Positions 41,349-49,629 of a stretch of 64,000 nt of DNA are shown one piece after another. Source of the stretch: Acidimicrobiia bacterium (GTDB lineage: Bacteria > Actinomycetota > Acidimicrobiia > Spongiisociales > UBA11373); the NCBI GenBank assembly GCA_040902765.1, contig JBBDWO010000025.1, positions 14,132 to 78,131 on the forward strand, in the 5' to 3' direction. The translations under genes were made by a program, and so were the position numbers. Numbering within the stretch: the first letter of the stretch is position 1; each line of letters begins with the position of its first letter. A model generated the notes under the pieces. The model worked only from the letters and a program-made list of their open reading frames with translations, had not been told where the DNA came from and searched no databases.

Positions 41349-42300
41349 GCCAGGTACCGACTCGGCTGAGTACACCGCCCTCGACCTCGCCGAGGGAATG
41401 GCGGTCGAGCCGATCACACAGTGGAAGCTGTTCACGCGCCGCCTGCGGAGCCACCGCCTGGCGATGGTGTCGGTGTTCGTACTCGGGACCATCGCAGCGA
41501 TCGTCTTGTTCGCCGACCTTCTGCCGCTCAAGGATCCCCTGTCGCAGCTTCGCGACTCGGGTGGGCGCCCGGCGAACCTGCTCAGCCCGAGGGCGGAGTA
41601 TTGGTTCGGGACCGACGAGATCGGGCGCGACATCCTCTCCCGCGTCGTATACGGGGGGCGCACCAGCCTGACGGTCGCCGGCCTGACCGGCCTGATGGTC
41701 GCCACCTTCGGCACGACGGTGGGCGCCATCGCCGGCTACTACGGCGGCTGGATCGACACCGTGCTCATGCGCTTCGTCGACCTGATCCTGAGCCTTCCGC
41801 TGCTGCCCGTGGCCATCGTGGCCGCAGCCTGGATGCGGGATGCGTTCCGCGGAAGGGAGGCGCTGTCTCTCGCGGTACTCCTCGGGGTCCTGCTGTGGGG
41901 CGGCCTCGCCCGAATCGTGCGGGCCGAGTTCCTGTCGCTGCGTGAGAAGGAATTCGTCGAAGCGGCGCGAGCCACCGGGGCCAGGGATCGGCGGATCATC
42001 TTCCGCCACATCCTTCCCAACGCCCTCAGCCCGATCATCGTCAACACCACGCTGGTCGTCGGTACCGCGATCATTCTCGAGGCAGCGCTCTCCTTCCTCG
42101 GTTTCGGTGTGCGGGTGCCGACCCCGGCATGGGGTCAGATGACCGCCCAGGGCGGCACCCTGGCCGTCGGCGGCGCCAGCGCCTGGTGGGTGCTCGTCTT
42201 CCCGGCAGTCGCGCTGGTGACCACCGTGCTTTCCGTCAACTTTCTCGGCGACGGGTTGCGAGACGCCCTGGATCCGACGCAGACCATCGAGCGCAGGTAG
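41341..42300 (+). CDS. ABC transporter permease (DppC/OppC type)
   Basis: N-terminal TM anchor and a BPD transporter motif (EFVEAARATGARDRRIIFRHILPNAL). Confidence 0.9.
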   Translation: MTEPGTDSAEYTALDLAEGMAVEPITQWKLFTRRLRSHRLAMVSVFVLGTIAAIVLFADLLPLKDPLSQLRDSGGRPANLLSPRAEYWFGTDEIGRDILSRVVYGGRTSLTVAGLTGLMVATFGTTVGAIAGYYGGWIDTVLMRFVDLILSLPLLPVAIVAAAWMRDAFRGREALSLAVLLGVLLWGGLARIVRAEFLSLREKEFVEAARATGARDRRIIFRHILPNALSPIIVNTTLVVGTAIILEAALSFLGFGVRVPTPAWGQMTAQGGTLAVGGASAWWVLVFPAVALVTTVLSVNFLGDGLRDALDPTQTIERR

Positions 42301-42311
42301 GCTGCCGGGTC

Positions 42312-43325
42312 GTGTCGACGCCACTCCTCGAAGTTCGCAACCTGCGCACCTATTTCTCCACGCAGGAGGGGGTGGTGCGAGCCGTCGACGGCATCTCGTT
42401 CCAGATCGGCCATGGTGAACGTTTCGGAGTGGTGGGGGAGTCCGGATCCGGCAAGTCAGTGACCGCGCTCTCGATCATGCGTCTCATCGAGGCTCCGGCG
42501 GGTGAGATCGTCACCGGCGAGATCCTCTTCAACGGTGTGAATCTCCTCACGCTCGACGAGGACGAGATGCGGGAGATCCGGGGAGGCGAGATCGCGATGA
42601 TCTTCCAGGACCCGATGACCGCGCTCAACCCGGTCTACAACGTAGGCAACCAGCTGATGGAGGCGATCATGCTCCATCAGAACGTGGGCAAGAAGGAGGC
42701 CTTCGAGATCGGCGTTTCTGCCCTTGACGACGTCCAGATCCCGAATTCCCGTGAGCGGATGTACGACTACCCGCACCAGCTGTCTGGCGGGATGCGCCAG
42801 CGGGTCATGATCGCCATGGGCCTGTCCTGCAACCCACAACTGCTCATCGCCGACGAGCCGACCACCGCTCTCGATGTGACAACGCAGGCGCAGATCCTCG
42901 ACCTGATGCTCGGCCTGTGTGATGAGCGCAACACCGCCGTCATGCTCATCACCCACGACCTCGGCGTCGTTGCAGGCTTCTGCCAGACGGTCCAGGTCAT
43001 GTACGGAGGCCGCATCGCCGAACGCGGTAAGAACGAGGAGTTGTTCGACGAAACGCTCCACCCGTACACCGCGGGCCTGCTCGGCTCGATGACCCGTCTC
43101 GACGAAGTGCGCGACGAGAGGCTCTACTCGATCCGCGGGGCCCCGCCCTCGCTCATCGACCCGCCCACCGGATGCCGGTTCAAGGCCCGGTGCGACTTCG
43201 CCCAGGACATCTGCAAGACAGACGTCCCGCCAGTGCGTGAGTTCACGCCCGGGCACGTGGCCGCCTGCCACTTCGCCCCCAACCTGGACCTCGCCCGGAT
43301 CAAGCGCGAGCAGGTGGTGTCGTGA
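42312..43325 (+). CDS. ABC transporter ATP-binding protein (DppD/OppD type)
   Basis: Walker A GESGSGKS, signature LSGGMRQR, Walker [13 protein letters not shown], and a C-terminal oligopeptide-ATPase extension. GTG start. Confidence 0.9.
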   Translation: MSTPLLEVRNLRTYFSTQEGVVRAVDGISFQIGHGERFGVVGESGSGKSVTALSIMRLIEAPAGEIVTGEILFNGVNLLTLDEDEMREIRGGEIAMIFQDPMTALNPVYNVGNQLMEAIMLHQNVGKKEAFEIGVSALDDVQIPNSRERMYDYPHQLSGGMRQRVMIAMGLSCNPQLLIADEPTTALDVTTQAQILDLMLGLCDERNTAVMLITHDLGVVAGFCQTVQVMYGGRIAERGKNEELFDETLHPYTAGLLGSMTRLDEVRDERLYSIRGAPPSLIDPPTGCRFKARCDFAQDICKTDVPPVREFTPGHVAACHFAPNLDLARIKREQVVS

Positions 43326-44407
43326 CCACCGAGCAGATGCACGACGGTGTCGGCACAGGCGATCTCGGTCCGGACACGCTCATCCGGGTCAACGACCTCG
43401 TAAAACACTTTCCGATCACCAAGGGCGTCTTCTTTCGCAAGCAGATCGGGGCCGTTCAGGCGGTCTCCGGCATTTCCTTCGAGATCAAGAAGGGCGAGAC
43501 GCTCGGGCTGGTGGGAGAGTCGGGATGCGGCAAGTCCACCACCGCCCGCTGCCTGCTGCGCCTGATCGAACCGACCTCGGGCAAGGTGCTGTACCGGGCC
43601 ATGACGAAGGGCAAGGGGAGGGGCGCCGAGGAGGTCGAGGAGGTCATCGACATCGCCTCCGCCGACAAGGACACGATGCGACGGCTGCGCCGGGACATGC
43701 AGATCGTCTTCCAGGACCCTTACGCTTCGCTCAACCCCCGCATGACGGTCGCCAGCATCATCTCGGAGCCCCTGGTGGTGCACGGCATCGGCAACCACGA
43801 CGATCAGATGGAGAGGGTCAAGGAGCTCCTCAAGGTGGTGGGCCTCAACCCTGAGCACACCAATCGCTACCCGCACGAGTTCTCCGGCGGTCAGCGGCAG
43901 CGTATCGGTGTCGCTCGCGCCCTGGCCCTCAACCCGTCGTTCATGGTTCTCGACGAGCCGGTCTCCGCCCTCGACGTGTCCATTCAGGCCCAGGTGCTCA
44001 ACCTGATGGAGGACCTCCAGGAGGAGTTCGACCTCACCTACCTGTTCATCGCCCACGATCTGTCCGTGGTGCGGCACGTCTCCGACCGGGTGGCGGTCAT
44101 GTACCTGGGGCGGATCGCCGAAATGGCCGACCGTGACACCCTCTACCAGCGTCCCATGCATCCGTACACCCACGCCCTCATGTCGGCGGTGCCGATCCCG
44201 GACCCGGTCAAGGAGCGGACTCGCAAGCGGATCATCCTCGAAGGCGACATCCCGTCACCGATCAACCCGCCCTCCGGATGTCGGTTCCACACCCGGTGCC
44301 CCCGCGCCGAGTTCCCCCTGTGTAGCACCGAGGAGCCGCAGCTCCGGGAGATCGAGCCTGGCCACTACGTGGCCTGCCACTTCCCTGAGATCCAGAGGCT
44401 GGTGTAG
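43322..44407 (+). CDS. ABC transporter ATP-binding protein (DppF/OppF type)
   Basis: Walker [10 protein letters not shown], signature FSGGQRQR and Walker [16 protein letters not shown] start overlaps the upstream stop. Confidence 0.9.
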   Translation: MTTEQMHDGVGTGDLGPDTLIRVNDLVKHFPITKGVFFRKQIGAVQAVSGISFEIKKGETLGLVGESGCGKSTTARCLLRLIEPTSGKVLYRAMTKGKGRGAEEVEEVIDIASADKDTMRRLRRDMQIVFQDPYASLNPRMTVASIISEPLVVHGIGNHDDQMERVKELLKVVGLNPEHTNRYPHEFSGGQRQRIGVARALALNPSFMVLDEPVSALDVSIQAQVLNLMEDLQEEFDLTYLFIAHDLSVVRHVSDRVAVMYLGRIAEMADRDTLYQRPMHPYTHALMSAVPIPDPVKERTRKRIILEGDIPSPINPPSGCRFHTRCPRAEFPLCSTEEPQLREIEPGHYVACHFPEIQRLV

Positions 44408-44456
44408 GGGCCTTTCGGGCTTTGCCCTAATGGCGTTACCGGTTGCCCGTTTCCAG

Positions 44457-46034
44457 TCACCCGGGAAGAACCGACGGCTGGGTCCGTTGGAAATACTGGC
44501 GGCGGGGGACTGGGGACTGGCGGCTAATCTCTGCCGCCCACGTCGGAGTGGCGGAACTGGTAGACGCGCTAGGTTGAGGGCCTAGTGGGCGAAAGCTCGT
44601 GGAGGTTCGAGTCCTCTCTCCGACACGCTGAAAACCCGACCCTCCGGTGAGGCCCACCTCCTGGAGGGTCACGTTCATTCGGGGAGCGCCTGACACCTTC
44701 ACCTCCAGATGGTCCGGGAAGATCGCGATCTCATCGAGGAGATCTGAGGCGATGATCCACCGCTCCCGGTCCGTGGCCTCGTTCCAGATCTCCTCGATGT
44801 CGATGTCGGCCAGATGCCGAGCGACATCCTCGAAAGCCTGCGCGATAGCACCGCTCTCCTCGAGCCGCCGCCTCTCTCCGGCCAACTCGCCCTCGAGCCG
44901 CTCCAACTGGGTCGTGAGCTCGCCCTCCTCCTCGGCGAAGAGGTCGGCGCTGACCTGACCTGCGTAGTGCAGCTGGAGCAGTTGACGCCGCCGCTCCCGG
45001 AGCTCACCGACCTGCGTAGCCGCCCGGCCGTCCGCCAGTTTGGCGGCTCGGCCGGACGCCATCCGCATGTGCCGGCGAATCGCATCCTGGAGCGCATCGT
45101 CCCTGCCCACCAGCCTCAATCCGAGGAGCCCGGCCCGCTCGATGCCCTTCACCGACCTCCGCGGCTGATCACACCCCGACCCACGATGAATGCACCGGTA
45201 GAAGCGCCCCCCTTGCCCGTTGCTGTCTACGCCAGCCACTCGCCGACACAACCCGCAGCGCACCACGCCGGAGAGGGGATGACGGCTCTGCCTCTTGCGG
45301 CCCGCAACCCAACCCCGTTGAGCACGCTTCCACTCCTCCTCGGTCACAATCGCTCGATGTCGGCCAGGGAACCAATCGCCCCTCCACACAACCTCGCCTA
45401 GGTACACCCGCGACCCGAGGATCCCTCGCGCCGTCGAATACTTCACACCGGTACGACGCTCGATGTCGGTGTAGGAACACCCCTCCGCACGCAATTGAAA
45501 AATGTGACGCACCACGTCGGCATCGCCGTTGGGCACAAGCTCGCCGTCGATGAGGTCATACCCCGTCTTGGGCCGGTTGATCCACTTGCCCTCCTGCACC
45601 GCTCGAGTCATGCCCATCACCACGTTCTCGGCGAGCTGCTCCCGGTAGAACTGTGCGAACGAACCGAGCACGTTGTAGAACATGCGCCCGGTCGCCGACG
45701 ACAGATCGAGGCGCTCGGTGAACGAGTGCAGCGCGACGTCGGCCTTCCCGAAGGTGTCGGCGAGCAGGATGAGGTCCCCGAGGTTCCGTGACAGCCGATC
45801 GAGCCGCCACACCAAGACGTGTCCGACGCGACCCTCCTCGATCATCGCGAGTACCTGTCGCAGGCCGGGCCGCTCGAGGTTCTTCCCCGACGCGCCCGGG
45901 TCTTCCACCACCGACACCGGTCCCAGGTCGTGGAGCTCGGCGTAGGCACGCAACTTGTCGGCCTGGCCCTGGATCGAGAAGCCCTCGGCCGCCTGCTCCT
46001 CAGTCGACACACGGCAGTAGGCAACGGTCAGCAC
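44457..46034 (-). CDS. large serine recombinase (serine integrase)
   Basis: AGGAGGG RBS and a GTG start at 46034. The catalytic motif VAYCRVSTEEQ is present with the downstream VLVWRLDRLSRN, a recombinase domain, and a zinc-ribbon CGLCRR...YRCIHRGSGC. The ORF has no stop before the tRNA and runs antisense through it, so the true C-terminus is uncertain. Confidence 0.8.
   Translation of the reverse strand: MLTVAYCRVSTEEQAAEGFSIQGQADKLRAYAELHDLGPVSVVEDPGASGKNLERPGLRQVLAMIEEGRVGHVLVWRLDRLSRNLGDLILLADTFGKADVALHSFTERLDLSSATGRMFYNVLGSFAQFYREQLAENVVMGMTRAVQEGKWINRPKTGYDLIDGELVPNGDADVVRHIFQLRAEGCSYTDIERRTGVKYSTARGILGSRVYLGEVVWRGDWFPGRHRAIVTEEEWKRAQRGWVAGRKRQSRHPLSGVVRCGLCRRVAGVDSNGQGGRFYRCIHRGSGCDQPRRSVKGIERAGLLGLRLVGRDDALQDAIRRHMRMASGRAAKLADGRAATQVGELRERRRQLLQLHYAGQVSADLFAEEEGELTTQLERLEGELAGERRRLEESGAIAQAFEDVARHLADIDIEEIWNEATDRERWIIASDLLDEIAIFPDHLEVKVSGAPRMNVTLQEVGLTGGSGFQRVGERTRTSTSFRPLGPQPSASTSSATPTWAAEISRQSPVPRRQYFQRTQPSVLPG
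44542..44625 (+). tRNA. tRNA-Leu (anticodon GAG), class II tRNA. It is the integration target of the downstream element.
   Basis: Acceptor strands GTCGGAG/CTCCGAC are perfectly complementary. D-arm TGGCGGAACTGGTAGACGCG, anticodon stem-loop CTAGG-TTGAGGG-CCTAG, long variable arm, and T-arm GGAGGTTCGAGTCCTCT. Confidence 0.8.
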
Positions 46035-46119
46035 GCGTCGCCCTCCTCTAGCCGCTTGCGCACGATCCGAAGACTCACCGCCACGAGCACCGACGCTACC
46101 CGCTCGAGGTCGCGCTCGC

Positions 46120-47220
46120 TCACAGCCCCCACTCCATCCTCCGGCGCTTCTTCGCCACTCGCTCGGTGAAGGGAATCCCAGTCTCGAGCTCCCACTCATG
46201 CAACACACCGGACGCGCTTCCCAGCGCATCATCAAGCGTCCCAATCTCGCGCAGGGCAGCAAAGCTGGACAGATAGCCGCAGAGCCCCGCGACGATCCGG
46301 CGCTCCGATGCCGCGCGCCGCGCCCCCGACACGCGACCGATGGTGACTGGACGATCCCGCAGCGAAGCCAAGCGAACCTGCTCCCACTCCTCTGCCACCG
46401 GCCACCGTGACCGAGTCGCGTCTCCTGTCGGAGCTCTCATCGACAGCCACTCCGTCCCGTACCCCCACAGCCCACCCGTCTCCCGAAGGAGATCAGCCGG
46501 CGAGTCAACCGAGCATTCCCGCAGCACCGACCGACCGAACTCGAACTCAACACGGACCACCGGATCCCCGTTCCGATAATTCGCCCCCCACCGATCGAAC
46601 CACCAGGTCGTACCGGTCCGGCGAGCCTGCCCCGACTTCTCGTAGATGCGGGCGGAGAGCCCGCCCCCAGACCGACGCCCGATCTGGAACCCAGTCCAGT
46701 GTCCTGCATCCTCATAGGTGGTCAACGTCTTGGCTCGCGTGACGAACCGATTCCGAGTCTCAGCGCTCAGCGTCAGCCCCTGGAAGTCGGCGTACAGGTC
46801 AGCCCTCGACACCGACCAATCGACACTGCACACCGACCCGACCACGTCCGAAAACGCATCCACAGCCGCTTGCGGACCCAGACCGGCCAGCAACTCGGCC
46901 CGAGGCTGCACACGCACCGCAGGCAAGTGCTGACTCGCCGTGAACCCCAGCAACCCATAGCTGTGCGACAACCGATACGCGTACTTCCCCCAGCCATGGC
47001 CGGACAGACCAAACTCGACACCGCCCAACTTGAACGGCACCGGCTCTCCCGCCTCAGCCGCTCGAGCCTTCCCCAGCTCCAGCATCCTGAGCAACGCCAC
47101 AGGCAGATTCCCTCGACCCGATAGGTACAACGCATCGATACCCGAGGCCAGCTCACGCACTCGCACAAGTGCGACTAGCGGAGACTGCAGAACGGCCTGG
47201 GTGGGGGAGTGACCGACCAT
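46120..47220 (-). CDS. replication initiator protein, Rep_trans-like (rolling-circle type) of the integrative element
   Basis: SRADLYADFQG resembles the Rep_trans sRiDla.D active-site region. The gene is co-oriented with and adjacent to the integrase, as in actinomycete integrative elements. Confidence 0.45.
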   Translation of the reverse strand: MVGHSPTQAVLQSPLVALVRVRELASGIDALYLSGRGNLPVALLRMLELGKARAAEAGEPVPFKLGGVEFGLSGHGWGKYAYRLSHSYGLLGFTASQHLPAVRVQPRAELLAGLGPQAAVDAFSDVVGSVCSVDWSVSRADLYADFQGLTLSAETRNRFVTRAKTLTTYEDAGHWTGFQIGRRSGGGLSARIYEKSGQARRTGTTWWFDRWGANYRNGDPVVRVEFEFGRSVLRECSVDSPADLLRETGGLWGYGTEWLSMRAPTGDATRSRWPVAEEWEQVRLASLRDRPVTIGRVSGARRAASERRIVAGLCGYLSSFAALREIGTLDDALGSASGVLHEWELETGIPFTERVAKKRRRMEWGL

Positions 47221-47228
47221 CGAACGAG

Positions 47229-47594
47229 CTACTCCTCCGAGCCCTTGGCTTCGAGGTAGTGCTCCCAGAACGCGACCGGATCGAGCTGCACCCCGACCAC
47301 CTTGTACTCATCCGGATGCATGCCAAAGATCGTCCGGAACCGCTTCAGCTTCCGATAGATCGTCGCCCGATGCCAGCCAGCACGCTCGAGCCCCTCAAAG
47401 CCTCCATACAGATGCCACGACGCCCAGAACCCCAGCATGTCGGCACTCCACCTGGCGGTCAGCCTCGCGACCGCATCCCTACGGATGCCGTCGGTCGCTG
47501 AATACGCCGTGTCCAAGTACCTGTCCCATGCACGCCGCGCCAAACCGCGGCCCTCAGCAGACTCCGACCGCTTCTTCCGAAGATCGTCATTCAT
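47229..47594 (-). CDS. small HTH DNA-binding protein (excisionase/regulator-like)
   Basis: 121 aa with the HTH HRATIYRKLKRF. It lies immediately upstream of rep on the same strand (xis-rep-int-like order). Confidence 0.45.
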   Translation of the reverse strand: MNDDLRKKRSESAEGRGLARRAWDRYLDTAYSATDGIRRDAVARLTARWSADMLGFWASWHLYGGFEGLERAGWHRATIYRKLKRFRTIFGMHPDEYKVVGVQLDPVAFWEHYLEAKGSEE

Positions 47595-47727
47595 AGTCGC
47601 ATCCTAGCGACCACAAACGACAAGGATGTAATCCTGTCGTCAACTTCCTGTACGATGCAGTTTGAGGGTGCTGTGATACAGGACACGCACCCGCTGGCTC
47701 TATTGTCGAATCGAAACGAGGACGCCT

Positions 47728-47946
47728 ATGGACAAGCAGGAGGAAATGGTTCGGTTGCTCGCTCTCCAGTTTCGGGCGATGGTTCCGAACCAGGCCGAAG
47801 CGATCCGACAATTGAGCAAGCTCAAGTTTGGGACGAAGCGGATCGCCGAGCTCTTGGGTACTACAGCGAACACTGTGAACGTGACCCTCCAGCAAGCCAG
47901 GAAGGCCCCCTCGAAGGCAGCAAAGGACACTCGGAAGAATGGCTGA
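47728..47946 (+). CDS. small HTH protein (sigma-70 region-4-like), first gene of the TIR operon
   Basis: 72 aa with KRIAELLGTTANTVNVTLQQARK. Confidence 0.45.
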   Translation: MDKQEEMVRLLALQFRAMVPNQAEAIRQLSKLKFGTKRIAELLGTTANTVNVTLQQARKAPSKAAKDTRKNG

Positions 47947-48238
47947 CGAAGAGATCACCCGACGCCTTGACGCAATCATTGCGATTCTCAAGCTCGCTCA
48001 CAGCGACTCCCTGACTGCCACGCGAGAGTCGTTGCTCCGCAATGAGGTAATCGCAGCCATTCTTGACGTTACTCGTGACGACTTCGTACCGTCCGGTGAT
48101 ATCAAGGCTGCCGTGAGTAAGAGCACGAGTGCGAAGGATAAGACCATCCAGCGCCGCCTGACCGACTTGGTTGCCATGGGGGTGCTCGAGAAGAAGCCGC
48201 ACGCGCGCGCCGCCTATCGGTCAACGGGTGTCGTTTGA
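47939..48238 (+). CDS. small winged-helix protein, second gene of the TIR operon
   Basis: 99 aa with KTIQRRLTDLVAMGVLEKK. The start overlaps the upstream stop (ATGGCTGA). Confidence 0.45.
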   Translation: MADEEITRRLDAIIAILKLAHSDSLTATRESLLRNEVIAAILDVTRDDFVPSGDIKAAVSKSTSAKDKTIQRRLTDLVAMGVLEKKPHARAAYRSTGVV

Positions 48239-48241
48239 CGC

Positions 48242-48676
48242 ATGAGTGAGTCGCTCGACGCCTTTGCTGAACTCCAGGCAATTCGCAGCCGGCTTGATGG
48301 GATCGAGCACCGCCAGGAAATGCTCGTCCGGGCTCAAGCCGAGGAGATCCTGGCGGCGATCTGGACCATCATGGATAACGACCCCATGCTCGCGCCCACG
48401 TACCTGCTCGTTGACGGATCGCGTACGCAGCAACAGATCGCAAAGGAGCTCAGGCAAGGCGGCCATCCCGCGAGCGACGCAAGCATCTCTCGCAAACTCA
48501 AGCGTCTGAGAAATGACTTGGGGTTAGTGGAGCTCCTAGAACATACGGCAGCCGGAAAGGCCTATGGTAAGTCTGCCCTGGATCGGATTCTCAACCTAAC
48601 GCCAAAGGTCGAAAAGCGGGTAGAGGCACGCACGAAGGCGCGTGCCAAACCCAAGAAGACGAAGTCGTCTGGATGA
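48242..48676 (+). CDS. small winged-helix protein, third gene of the TIR operon
   Basis: 144 aa with SRTQQQIAKEL...SISRKLKRLRNDLGLVELL and a Lys-rich tail. Its stop overlaps the TIR gene start (ATGA). Confidence 0.45.
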   Translation: MSESLDAFAELQAIRSRLDGIEHRQEMLVRAQAEEILAAIWTIMDNDPMLAPTYLLVDGSRTQQQIAKELRQGGHPASDASISRKLKRLRNDLGLVELLEHTAAGKAYGKSALDRILNLTPKVEKRVEARTKARAKPKKTKSSG

Positions 48677-49407
48677 CGCAGCCGAGCGAGCCGAGCGAGC
48701 GGGAGCTCCTGAGTCAGCTGAACCACGAGTTCCGGCGCCGCGGGTGGCGCGACAACGAGAACACTGCGCTAGCCATCGTGCGCGCGATCGAGGAGACCCG
48801 AGGCCGCGTCAATGTTGCTCGCTTGGCCAGAGTCCCATCCCGCACGTTCCTAAGTGACAATGCAGCGACCAGAAGGGATGTCAGGCAGGCCGTCAACTCG
48901 GCCATAGGTGAGTCCGATCTCATCTTGATCCGGGCGAAGCTTGGGGAGATCGCGTCTCGGCTTGACGATCTCGATTCCGAGCAGTCGCGGGCAGCGAGGG
49001 AGTTTGATGTCTTCATCTGCCACGCGAGCGAAGACAAGGATGACTTTGTTCGCCCACTCGCCTTGTCCCTGCGCGCCGAGGGGCTCACCGTCTGGTACGA
49101 CGAGTTCGAGCTGCATCTAGGTGACAGCGTGCGGAGGAAGATCGACGCCGGAATTGCCAACAGCCGCTTCGGCGTGATCATTCTCTCGCCGAGCTTCTTC
49201 TCGAAGAGCTGGCCCCAGCACGAGCTCGACGGCCTGGTGACCCGCTCTGTCAGCGGGGTTCAAGTGCTCCTACCGATCTGGCATGGAGTCACACAGGAGG
49301 ACGTGATGGTCTTCAGCCCCTCACTGGCTGACAAGTACGCAGCCCAAAGCGACATGTTCACGGTTGATGAGATTGCTGCTCAGATCGCGTACGTTGTACA
49401 CCGCTAG
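48673..49407 (+). CDS. TIR-domain protein (N-terminal domain of unknown function of about 115 aa plus C-terminal TIR); putative antiphage effector/sensor
   Basis: Canonical bacterial TIR motifs are present (FDVFICHASEDKDDFVRPLALSLRAEGLTVWYDEFELHLGDSVRRKIDAGIANSRFGVIILSPSFFSKSWPQHELDGL...LPIWHGV), including the catalytic Glu in the SPSFF.KSW.Q.EL region. The region has lower GC than the chromosome. Confidence 0.8.
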   Translation: MTQPSEPSERELLSQLNHEFRRRGWRDNENTALAIVRAIEETRGRVNVARLARVPSRTFLSDNAATRRDVRQAVNSAIGESDLILIRAKLGEIASRLDDLDSEQSRAAREFDVFICHASEDKDDFVRPLALSLRAEGLTVWYDEFELHLGDSVRRKIDAGIANSRFGVIILSPSFFSKSWPQHELDGLVTRSVSGVQVLLPIWHGVTQEDVMVFSPSLADKYAAQSDMFTVDEIAAQIAYVVHR

Positions 49408-49629
49408 TCAGGGGGCGTCGGCACGGATGCGCCCGGGTCTCAGACCACGCAATTAACCAGTCGTAGTAGCCGATACCCCACTCTTGCCCGGGGAGCAGAG
49501 GCCCAACCCCCAAAGGCTCGGGAGTGACGTCGGACTCGTCGACCGACGCCTGACTTACAGTCGAGACTCAGATCCCACGGCCTAAGCCTCCATGCGTTGT
49601 CTGCTTGATCACCCGACGGCTCCCCACTC

